From assembly GCA_041737175.1 (NCBI GenBank), contig JBGSSF010000002.1:10348-74347 (forward strand): 64,000 nucleotides of DNA, in the 5' to 3' direction. Origin of the DNA: Bacteroidales bacterium (GTDB taxonomy: Bacteria; Bacteroidota; Bacteroidia; Bacteroidales; UBA10428). A program made the position numbers and the translations under genes. The notes under the pieces are model-generated. The model had not been told where the DNA came from. It did no database searches and saw only the letters and a program-made list of their open reading frames with translations. Position 1 is the first letter of the stretch. Each line of letters begins with the position of its first letter. Of the stretch, positions 49,084 to 57,657 are shown piece by piece.

Positions 49084-49823
49084 CAGGCCAGCATGAGTTG
49101 GGTTATAATCAGGTCTGTCAGCAGAATGAGAATGCTGCTGTATACAACACCCCGTGTACTGGATCTGCCCACTTCGAGAGCGCCTCCCTGTACATTGTAT
49201 CCGTAAAATGCAGGTACCGAGGTGATAATAAACGCATAAACAACGGTTTTCACCAGGGCATAGGTGACATAGAAAGGTACAAACAGGTATTGTATGCCGA
49301 AAATATAATCGGAAGAGGGCAGGGCGCCGGTCAGGACCACGGCCAGCCATCCACCGATCAGTCCCACAAACATGCTGATGAGCGTGAGGAAGGGGTTGAA
49401 AAGCATGGCTGCAATGATCTTCGGAAGAATCAGATAACTGGCGGAGTTAATGCCCATCATTTCAAGGGCGTCAATCTGTTCGGTGATCCGCATGGTGCCG
49501 ATTTCAGAGGCAATATTTGATCCTACCTTGCCGGCCAGGATCAGGCCGACCATGGTGGATGAAAATTCGAGCAGCAGGGTGTCACGGGCGGTGAGGCCGA
49601 TCAGGTAAAGCGGGATCCATGAACTTTCGAGATTGTAACGGGTCTGCAAGGTGATAACGGCACCGATGAACACCGAAATGATGATCACAATGCCGACGGA
49701 ATTGAGACCCAGAATTTCGATCTCCTTGATAATCTGTTTGATGTATATTTTGGTTTTCTCCGGCCTCGAAAAAACGTGGCCCATCAGAATGAAGTAACGT
49801 CCGAATAGGGTAAAGAAATTCAT
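49083..49823 (-). CDS. MlaE family ABC transporter permease
   Basis: AGKVGSNIASEIGTMRITEQIDALEMMG. Confidence 0.93.
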   Translation of the reverse strand: MNFFTLFGRYFILMGHVFSRPEKTKIYIKQIIKEIEILGLNSVGIVIIISVFIGAVITLQTRYNLESSWIPLYLIGLTARDTLLLEFSSTMVGLILAGKVGSNIASEIGTMRITEQIDALEMMGINSASYLILPKIIAAMLFNPFLTLISMFVGLIGGWLAVVLTGALPSSDYIFGIQYLFVPFYVTYALVKTVVYAFIITSVPAFYGYNVQGGALEVGRSSTRGVVYSSILILLTDLIITQLMLA

Positions 49824-49948
49824 GGCAACAAAAATAATGATATAAAATCAATATATAAATCTCATTGATCGCTTGTTTGCCTTACTCCATCAAAATAAAT
49901 GGATCCGTAATAAGTTAATTTGTTAATTTCGCAACAAAAGCGCAATAC

Positions 49949-51043
49949 ATGAACAAAAATCATTATTGTATTATCATGGCCGGAGGTATTGGCAGTCGTT
50001 TCTGGCCGTTAAGCAGAACAATAAAGCCAAAGCAGTTCCTCGACATCCTGGGTGCAGGGCGCACATTGCTGCAGCAGACATTTGACCGGTTGCAGCATGT
50101 TTTTCCGGTGGAAAATATTCTCATTGTTACCAACGAGGATTATGAGGGCCTGGTAGCGAAACAATTGCCCGAACTCCATGCAGACCAGATTTTACTGGAA
50201 CCCATGCGGCGAAATACAGCTCCCTGTTTAGCCTATGCCAATCATAAAATCCACCTGCGTGATCCGGAGGCGGTTATCCTGGTGGCTCCATCGGATCATG
50301 TGATCTTAAAGGAGCAGGATTTCCTGGATGTGGTAAGGAAAGGCCTTGATTTTGTTACCCAGAATGATTGTCTGCTGACGCTGGGCATACAGCCCAACAG
50401 GCCGGAGACCGGTTACGGCTATATCCAGATCAACGGGGACAAGACAAAAATCGAGTTGAATCAGAGCTTCAGGCGGGTAAAGACCTTCACCGAAAAACCC
50501 GATATGGACATGGCCAGATTGTTCATTCAGAGTGGTGACTTTTTCTGGAATTCAGGCATGTTCTTCTGGTCGCTCCGGACGATCATGAAAGCGTTCAACG
50601 ACTTTCTTCCCGACATCAACCAGCTTTTCGCCGAGGGGAAAGGCTTTTACAATACCAGCCAGGAAGCTGAGTTTATCAGCAAGGTATACCCGAACTGCAA
50701 GAACATTTCGATCGACTACGGTGTGATGGAAAAGGCAGAGAATGTGTATGTGCTGTGTTCCGACTTCGGCTGGTCGGACCTGGGCACATGGGGTTCCCTG
50801 TATGACAGGCTGTGCAAGGATGAAGATGAAAATTCCGTTACCGGTTCCAATGTTTTCATGTACAATTCGCAAAACTGCCTGATCAACCTTCCTGATAACA
50901 AACTGGCGGTCATTCAGGGCCTGGATGATTACATTGTTGTGGAATCGGATAATATTCTCCTCATTTGCCGGAAGCAGGATGAGCAGAAGATCAAGAATTT
51001 CGTGAATGATGTGAGGATTGAGAAGGGAGAGGAATATATATAA
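49949..51043 (+). CDS. Mannose-1-phosphate guanylyltransferase
   Basis: MAGGIGSRFWPLSR..PKQF, RNTAPC, PSDH, TGYGYI, FWNSG, WSDLGTW. Confidence 0.94.
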   Translation: MNKNHYCIIMAGGIGSRFWPLSRTIKPKQFLDILGAGRTLLQQTFDRLQHVFPVENILIVTNEDYEGLVAKQLPELHADQILLEPMRRNTAPCLAYANHKIHLRDPEAVILVAPSDHVILKEQDFLDVVRKGLDFVTQNDCLLTLGIQPNRPETGYGYIQINGDKTKIELNQSFRRVKTFTEKPDMDMARLFIQSGDFFWNSGMFFWSLRTIMKAFNDFLPDINQLFAEGKGFYNTSQEAEFISKVYPNCKNISIDYGVMEKAENVYVLCSDFGWSDLGTWGSLYDRLCKDEDENSVTGSNVFMYNSQNCLINLPDNKLAVIQGLDDYIVVESDNILLICRKQDEQKIKNFVNDVRIEKGEEYI

Positions 51044-51065
51044 AAAAGCGTAGTTAAGAAAACTA

Positions 51066-51314
51066 TTGCCGTCAACTTAAGGTTTAACCGCAAAGCGGTT
51101 GAATTTGAATAACCCCGGGTGAAACCCGGGGTACACACTATGTGTGATGCTATCCAACCACGGAGTGGTTGAATTTGCAGGTGAAATACTTTTAATTAAT
51201 ATTCAACCACTCCGTGGTTGATGAAAATTGCGATCTATGATAACACCGGGTTTCACCCGGCGCTATTCATATTAAAGCACTCCGTGCTTTTGAAGATTCC
51301 TTAAGTAGACTATG
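51066..51314. mobile_element. Non-autonomous MITE/REPIN-like element of nested palindromes, with a 13-bp flanking duplication
   Basis: Imperfect TIRs GTCAACTTAAGG / CCTTAAGTAGAC; direct repeat GTTAAGAAAACTA at 51053-51065 and 51315-51327; perfect 20-bp inner IR at 51155-51174 / 51201-51220. Confidence 0.75.
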
Positions 51315-51343
51315 GTTAAGAAAACTACGCTTAGCCTCTCATA

Positions 51344-51376
51344 AAAAAAATCCCGACTGCAAGGCCGGGATTTTTT
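51344..51376. terminator. Bidirectional Rho-independent terminator
   Basis: AAAAAAATCCCG-ACTGCAAGGC-CGGGATTTTTT between convergent genes. Confidence 0.8.
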
Positions 51377-51390
51377 ATATATCCTTGTGC

Positions 51391-51415
51391 TCAGCGGAGT
51401 TTGTAACTCCGCTGA
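51391..51415. repeat. Palindrome TCAGCGGAGTT-TGT-AACTCCGCTGA (REP-like)
   Basis: Perfect 11-bp stem with a 3-nt loop, after the gldN stop. Confidence 0.6.
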
Positions 51416-51425
51416 AAATAACATC

Positions 51426-52289
51426 CTAATACTCCCAAAGATCATGTTCCATGTTGAACAGGTATTCCTTTACCCTTTCGGCTTCGAGGAGGGCGTCCAT
51501 CCCCAGGGCGTAAGAGCTGATGGCCCGGTTTTCATAAACGTTTGACTCGGCAAAGATGTAGCTGTTGAACCGGCGCTGCATAAAGTAATCGTCGTACGAT
51601 ATTCTCTGCGCATCGTTGTTGTTGTTGAAGATCTCATGCCTGGCCAGCAGCGGCCTGATCTCGGGGAAGTACACCCAGAAGCACTTTTCTTTCAGAATGG
51701 CATCGGTGGGCATTCCCTGGTCGTCGAGCTTGTTATAGATACGGATCGGGCAAAGACCAACGATGCGGACATTCATCACGGAGTGATTCTTATCGAAGAA
51801 CCATTTTTCCTTCACCATGATCTGTTTTACCTGATCGGTCTGTCTTTCTTTCTGTATGGTCGTATCTGTAACCATTCCGGTATTGATATCGGTTCTCTTG
51901 AAGACTTCTTCCCCTGCGTCGAGAGATTCGTCGACCTGGTTGCGGTCGAGCGGGATGGTGAATTCATTCCGCCGATCCACCGAGGAAAAAGCACGGATGC
52001 CCTCGTTATCGATTCCCCAAAGGATCAGCTGCACCAGGTTGTACCTGTCATTGATCGGTTGGGTGGGATAAAACAGGGGCAGATTCTGTTTCTGCTTCAG
52101 GTCGATGATCCTGTAAATATCCTTGGCCCACATCACATCGGCCTCACGTATATAGGCATAAGGTACAGGGGCCTTGTTGGGAATATGCTCACGGGTATAC
52201 ACCTCGGTGAGAATATCCTGGGCTTTGAGTTTTTGCGGAGCCACTATGACCATCGCCAATCCCATCAGTAATAAAGCAACTCGTTTCAT
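51426..52289 (-). CDS. gldN: T9SS/gliding motility protein GldN/PorN
   Basis: READVMWAK.IYR.IDL, KEKWFFDK, FWVYFPE, RRFNSYI, EHDLWEY. Confidence 0.93.
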   Translation of the reverse strand: MKRVALLLMGLAMVIVAPQKLKAQDILTEVYTREHIPNKAPVPYAYIREADVMWAKDIYRIIDLKQKQNLPLFYPTQPINDRYNLVQLILWGIDNEGIRAFSSVDRRNEFTIPLDRNQVDESLDAGEEVFKRTDINTGMVTDTTIQKERQTDQVKQIMVKEKWFFDKNHSVMNVRIVGLCPIRIYNKLDDQGMPTDAILKEKCFWVYFPEIRPLLARHEIFNNNNDAQRISYDDYFMQRRFNSYIFAESNVYENRAISSYALGMDALLEAERVKEYLFNMEHDLWEY

Positions 52290-52309
52290 TCGACTATGTA
52301 TTAATAAAA

Positions 52310-53986
52310 TTAATTCAATCTAAAGTTAATTGTGGACAGGTTTCTGACCGTACCATCGGGACCCGTGGCCTTGATATCCTGAATATAAACCGGGCTCCCC
52401 TTGCCGAGGGTGTTGATCAAAGCCCTGACCTCCTGGTTAAACTGGTTTCCCTTTACTCTTCTTTCCTGGACAAAGCCCTGAACGACTGCCATCACAGTAA
52501 ACTCAGTAACGGTGAATTTCAGGTCAAAATCAAAATCGGGAGGCATGGCTGCCATAACACCGCTCTGTGCCATCAGTATGTTTTTGGCAATTCCGCCACC
52601 TTTTTGGTTGTTCACCCGGGCTTCGGGATCGGGAACTTTTTTCACGCGGAATTCCTTGTTGCCTACGTTGGTCCATTTGCCGTCGAGATCAGCGGATACG
52701 GTCACCATGCAGTTGCCCTCTCTGCGGGCACGCATGATCCATGAACTGCCGCGTTGTTCCAGCTGACCGTTGGATGCGGTGGCCCTGATCTTGTTGCCGG
52801 CAACGCCGGAAACCGATATTTCAACCGGGTTATCCACACCCAGGTAGAAGACGTTCATTTTGGTAGGGGAAACCACCACGCCACCTTCGGCCACGGTATA
52901 GTCAGCCGCAAACGGCCGTATGATGGGTTCACCACCGGGGCCCTTGATTTCGATAATACCACCCCAGCTTCGTGAGCCCAGGGAACCACCTGAACGTTCG
53001 AACAAACCTTTTCCGGAACCTTTCTCAACCGGTAATTTGGTATAATTCAGGCCTTCCTTTCTTTCGTATTTCTTCTGTCCCGTAACAGGGTCAGTAGTCT
53101 CAATCCATGGCTGGCTGACTCCTTCAACCACATAAATATCGGGAGCCTGCGTTGTGTCGCGGGCAGCCAGGAATATGCTGGCCTTATAGGGATTCCCTTT
53201 CAAAATATAATTTGAATTGGGTATCACCACGGCTTCGAGTTCGTTAAACTTGACTTCGCCTGCGCTGATCTGGGCATACAGGTAATTGATCATTTCCGAT
53301 TCTGCGTTCCGCAGGTCGATCTGCAGGGATGACATGATGGCCAGAAAGCCCATCAGCGGGGAATGTCCGAATTTATGGTATTCCCAGGTGGAACTTTCGG
53401 GATCTTTTTTCTTGCCTTTGGGCAGAACAGGAGGCTCCGTATCTAGACTCTTGGAAATGGAGGTCCTGAGCTGTTCCGGAAGTTCTTTTTCCTTTACCAC
53501 GGTGAGCATGAATTCCCGGAGCGAGGCAATTTCATTTTTCAGTTTGCGAGCTTCGCTTTTATCGTTCAGATCGTTACCGATCATAACATTGTGCGGTGTA
53601 TCATAATCGGTTGTGGCTTCGATTTTATCACGATCGATACTTTTGCCTTCGATGGCTTCGGATTTACCGCGCTCGGCCTGACTGAGCGTCTTTATTTTGA
53701 GATCCTGGATATAATCGTACAATTTTTGGGTCCTCTCCTGGACCTGCAGCGCCCTGTCGCGCCAAACAGCGGTTTTACTCTGATTTAACTGGTATGCCTG
53801 GTCAAACTCGGTATAAATGTCCTTGTTTTTATTTTCCATGGTGACCCCGGTCTTCTCCAGTCCCTCATCGATGATCTTGAATGCGTCGAGCACACTGGTT
53901 GATACATTCAGTGCCAGCAATGCTGTCAGCACCAAATACATCATGCCGATCATTTTTTGTCTTGGAGTTTCTTTGCCGTGTGCCAT
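52310..53986 (-). CDS. gldM: T9SS/gliding motor protein GldM/PorM
   Basis: ETPRQKMIGMMYLVLTALLALNVS, KMNVFYLGVDNP. Confidence 0.95.
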   Translation of the reverse strand: MAHGKETPRQKMIGMMYLVLTALLALNVSTSVLDAFKIIDEGLEKTGVTMENKNKDIYTEFDQAYQLNQSKTAVWRDRALQVQERTQKLYDYIQDLKIKTLSQAERGKSEAIEGKSIDRDKIEATTDYDTPHNVMIGNDLNDKSEARKLKNEIASLREFMLTVVKEKELPEQLRTSISKSLDTEPPVLPKGKKKDPESSTWEYHKFGHSPLMGFLAIMSSLQIDLRNAESEMINYLYAQISAGEVKFNELEAVVIPNSNYILKGNPYKASIFLAARDTTQAPDIYVVEGVSQPWIETTDPVTGQKKYERKEGLNYTKLPVEKGSGKGLFERSGGSLGSRSWGGIIEIKGPGGEPIIRPFAADYTVAEGGVVVSPTKMNVFYLGVDNPVEISVSGVAGNKIRATASNGQLEQRGSSWIMRARREGNCMVTVSADLDGKWTNVGNKEFRVKKVPDPEARVNNQKGGGIAKNILMAQSGVMAAMPPDFDFDLKFTVTEFTVMAVVQGFVQERRVKGNQFNQEVRALINTLGKGSPVYIQDIKATGPDGTVRNLSTINFRLN

Positions 53987-54006
53987 AATCGTGAAGCGCT
54001 AAAGAA

Positions 54007-54942
54007 TTATTTATTAATAATCACGTTCATGGCTGAGAGCATATTGCCATAGATATTGTTCAGAGAGGAGAGGTTGTCGCGAAGTTTCACCACTTCTTCC
54101 TTGTAGCGGCTGGTTTCATCGATTGAATCCTTCAGTTTGGCAACCATTTCTTCGATCCCCGAATATACCTTCTGTGTTCCTTTGAGATGTTCGCTGCCTT
54201 CTTTAGCCTGAAGTTCATACACGGCATTCAGGGCAGAGAGGTTTTTATTGAGTGCTTCAAGATGCTGTTCGTGGGTACGACCGCTTTGCGATATCATATC
54301 ATGTTCACCCTTCAGGGACTCGGCAATTTTCTGGAAGGATCCTGCCACTTCTCCGCCTGAGCGGGCAACCTGTTCGGCTGACTGAAGATAGGCATTGGCC
54401 AGGGATCCGGCCGAATCCTTAATGGACTGAACGGATGAACTGTACACCTCATGCATGCTGCCTGCAGATCCTGCGGCAGCCTTGATATTCTTCATGAATT
54501 CCTGGGTAGCGACTGTTGCGCCTGATATCTCAGCAATGCCGGAAGCGGCGGTCTGGAGTCTCTGCAATCCCGAACCAATGTTTTTCAGTGTATCTTCATT
54601 GATACTGGCCTCGCCCAGGAGGTTTTCGATCCGTTCAACCGGTCTTCCGCCGAAACCTGCGCCTACTTCTTTCATGTCTTCCATCTCCTCCTGTTCGGAC
54701 ATGCCGGCCAATTCAGGATAAACCAGTGTCCAGTCGAGTTCTTCATGAAGAGGCTCAAAGGCGGAGAAAAAGAAGATGATCGCTTCGGTCAGAAGACCAA
54801 TGGTCAGGAAGAGCCCGGCAAATTTCCAGTGCTGTATTTTGAACAATGCACCGATGATTACGATTGAGGCTCCCCAGCCATAAAGCTTGGCCATGAATTT
54901 TTTCCAGCCTGAACTTTCGACAATGTCTGCTAAGCTTGCCAT
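54007..54942 (-). CDS. gldL: T9SS/gliding motor protein GldL/PorL
   Basis: YGWGASIVIIGALFKIQHW, TEAIIFFFSAFEP, WTLVYPEL, LNNIYGNMLSAM. Confidence 0.95.
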   Translation of the reverse strand: MASLADIVESSGWKKFMAKLYGWGASIVIIGALFKIQHWKFAGLFLTIGLLTEAIIFFFSAFEPLHEELDWTLVYPELAGMSEQEEMEDMKEVGAGFGGRPVERIENLLGEASINEDTLKNIGSGLQRLQTAASGIAEISGATVATQEFMKNIKAAAGSAGSMHEVYSSSVQSIKDSAGSLANAYLQSAEQVARSGGEVAGSFQKIAESLKGEHDMISQSGRTHEQHLEALNKNLSALNAVYELQAKEGSEHLKGTQKVYSGIEEMVAKLKDSIDETSRYKEEVVKLRDNLSSLNNIYGNMLSAMNVIINK

Positions 54943-54983
54943 AATACTTTAAGCGTTAAATTGGATTAGTTATTTTGTTTATG

Positions 54984-56330
54984 TTAAATTCCGCCCATTA
55001 CCGGTCTTACACAACGGAAACCGATATAGGATTTGGTTGTATCCTGGTATTCATATGTACGGGTACCGTTTTGCATGTAATAGCCAATGTCTTTCCAAGA
55101 ACCGCCCCTGATCACCTTTCTTTTCATTACCGGGGGATCATCGGGACGTGCGTTGTAGGTATAATCGGGATTCAGGTCATGCGTGAAGGCATAGGCTGAT
55201 TCGTCGTAAGCACTTTTTGTCCATTCTGCCACGTTACCTGCCATATCGTACAAACCGTATTCGTTGGGCTGGTAGGTGCCTACCGGAACCGTGGTTACGC
55301 CACCGTCATCGGCATAATTACCCCTGAGCGGCTTGAAGTTGGCCAGGAAGCAACCATCCTTGTTGCGGGTATAGTAACCGCCCCAGGGATACATGGAATG
55401 CTCCAGACCACCACGGGCTGCATATTCCCATTCAGCTTCAAAGGGTAAACGGTAATCGTGAACACCGGGGTTTCCGCCTGCGCGCAAAGCGGCATTCAGG
55501 AACATGGACCTCCAGATGCAGAAGGCGGTAGCCTGTTTCCAGGAAACACCCACAACCGGATAGTTATCATAGGAAGGATGCCAGAAATACATATTGGCAT
55601 AAGGTTCATTGAATGAATACGTGAAATCTGCTATCCATACCAGCGTATCGGGATAAACATTGACCACATCGCGGATCACAAAGGAGGAGCGGTCTTTTAT
55701 TTCCACTTTTTCGCCCTGGTTGTCGATAATGAAGCCTTCATATTTCTTGGTATCATAATCGTAGCGGTTTGATTTCCGGGCGGCCTGTTTCAGGTCGATC
55801 CAGAAATATTCGTACATCAGTTTACGGGTGTCAATTTCCTGCTTTTTGTAAAAGCGTTCCTGCTGATTCAGGTACATATCGGCAAGGATCGTATTGACCT
55901 CCTCATCACGCGTATCGATCCTGGTTTCCCAGTTGATGGCCGGAGGCTCGATCGGATTGCCGAATTCATCTTCCGTGATGACATAATCATCGAGTTGCTC
56001 GCCCAGCAGACGGCGCATGATCGAATCACGCACCCAGAAAACAAATTGCCGGTATTCGTTATTCGTGATTTCTGTTTCGTCCATCCAGAAAGGATCAACG
56101 GTGACGGTTTTTGTCTGTGAAGATTGTGCCCAGGCAACTTCCTGGTCATTCACACCCATGTTGAAACTACCCTGGGGTATGAAAACCATGCCAAACGGAT
56201 CGGCCTCCCCGTATGCCTTGGGTCGTCCTTCAACCCCGGTCAGTTCACCACTGTTGCCACCACCGCCGCGCGAACAGCTGGTGATCACAAACACTGCCAA
56301 CACAAATCCTAAAGAAAATAACTTTTTCAT
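54984..56330 (-). CDS. gldK: T9SS/gliding lipoprotein GldK/PorK
   Basis: Lipobox ITSC; FGE-sulfatase-like RLPFEAEWEYAARGG, DMAGNVAEW, GFRCV; located upstream of gldL. Confidence 0.93.
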   Translation of the reverse strand: MKKLFSLGFVLAVFVITSCSRGGGGNSGELTGVEGRPKAYGEADPFGMVFIPQGSFNMGVNDQEVAWAQSSQTKTVTVDPFWMDETEITNNEYRQFVFWVRDSIMRRLLGEQLDDYVITEDEFGNPIEPPAINWETRIDTRDEEVNTILADMYLNQQERFYKKQEIDTRKLMYEYFWIDLKQAARKSNRYDYDTKKYEGFIIDNQGEKVEIKDRSSFVIRDVVNVYPDTLVWIADFTYSFNEPYANMYFWHPSYDNYPVVGVSWKQATAFCIWRSMFLNAALRAGGNPGVHDYRLPFEAEWEYAARGGLEHSMYPWGGYYTRNKDGCFLANFKPLRGNYADDGGVTTVPVGTYQPNEYGLYDMAGNVAEWTKSAYDESAYAFTHDLNPDYTYNARPDDPPVMKRKVIRGGSWKDIGYYMQNGTRTYEYQDTTKSYIGFRCVRPVMGGI

Positions 56331-56389
56331 ATGTACTGAAGTTTATCCTATATAACAAGTCCTTATACTTACTTTTGATCCATTTTGTT

Positions 56390-57352
56390 TTAAAGAAATC
56401 GAATACTTTTATATTTCTGTGGAATTTTATCCATACCAACTGTAAAACTGTACCCTATCATCACCTCGTGGGATCCTTTGGAGAAGCTGGTCAGCGCCGA
56501 TGTGTCAAAATCATAGGAATATCCTACTTTCACCCCGTTCAGTATTTCCAAACCCACCATTCCGACAATTGCGGCACCTACCCTATACGTAACGCCGGCC
56601 CAAAACTTTTTATTGTATAAAAGTGTAGTATTCAGATCAATTTTTGTCATCCGGGCATCTGATTGCATAAAAACAGAAGGAAGCAATTCAAAAGCAGGAT
56701 TGGATAACTGAATGTTATAACCTGCCATAAGATAATAATGTCTGTACATTTTCATGGAGGCTTCCGCGGTTGTTGTACCCTCGGACTGATATACAAATTC
56801 ATCCTCCAGAAGATGGGTGGCGGATAAACCTACATAAAGTTCTTCGGTACGATAGAACAGTCCTGCGCCAAAATCAATGGTAAATTCATTCTGATCACCC
56901 GTTGGAATTGCCAGATCATTGTTGGGATCGTGGAGGGGAGAGGAAGGAATGATCCATTCGGGATTATCCATCTGCTGGTTATCGAAAATACCACTGATGC
57001 CGAGACCGAGTCTTCCGTTACCCACGGTGAACTGATATGCATAGTTCAATGACAGGTTGATATCGTTGTTGAAACCCACTTCATCCTTCCATACAGAAAG
57101 ACCGACTCCGTGATTGGCATTGAGCAGTTTGAAAGGAGCAGATATATTGAAAATGAAATCAACAGGTGCTCCGTCAATACCCGCCCATTGCTGACGTCCG
57201 ATGACGTGGGTGGAGATCTGATCGCTGCTGCCGGCAGAACCGGGATTCACTGAAATTTGGTCGTACATATAATGGCTTACCTGTCTTTCTTGCTGTGAAA
57301 AAGCGCCATTCCAGAGGACAGCGATTAAGAAGATCAGTATAATTTTTTTCAT
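56390..57352 (-). CDS. PorP/SprF family T9SS membrane protein
   Basis: NPGSAG, RQQWAGIDGAP, GYSYD, GSHEVMIGY. Confidence 0.92.
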   Translation of the reverse strand: MKKIILIFLIAVLWNGAFSQQERQVSHYMYDQISVNPGSAGSSDQISTHVIGRQQWAGIDGAPVDFIFNISAPFKLLNANHGVGLSVWKDEVGFNNDINLSLNYAYQFTVGNGRLGLGISGIFDNQQMDNPEWIIPSSPLHDPNNDLAIPTGDQNEFTIDFGAGLFYRTEELYVGLSATHLLEDEFVYQSEGTTTAEASMKMYRHYYLMAGYNIQLSNPAFELLPSVFMQSDARMTKIDLNTTLLYNKKFWAGVTYRVGAAIVGMVGLEILNGVKVGYSYDFDTSALTSFSKGSHEVMIGYSFTVGMDKIPQKYKSIRFL

Positions 57353-57573
57353 ATTTTTCCTACCTTACTTTTTATAGAAATTCCTATAAATCGCCCAATT
57401 AGCCTATATAAAAGGTAAAATAAGCAAAAATATTGTATAACAACAAATCAAAATTAACACCAACCTGTTAATAAACTTTTTCACAAATTGCTCATATTAT
57501 ACTCAAATGTTTAAGGAATGTTACTTTCACCTGAAAATTTTTCGGATTTTTTTTGAAGCGTAGTTAGAAATCA

Positions 57574-57657
57574 GTGACTCGTGACTCGTGACTCGCGATG
57601 GACAGTGCGCTACCAATCACCAATCACCAATCACCAATCACCAATCACCATTCACAA
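57574..57657. repeat. Two-armed cassette with mismatched arms: GTGACTC x3 / CCAATCA x5-6
   Basis: The reverse complement of the right unit (GTGATTG) resembles the left unit. Preceded by the half-REP AAGCGTAGTT at 57556. Confidence 0.8.
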
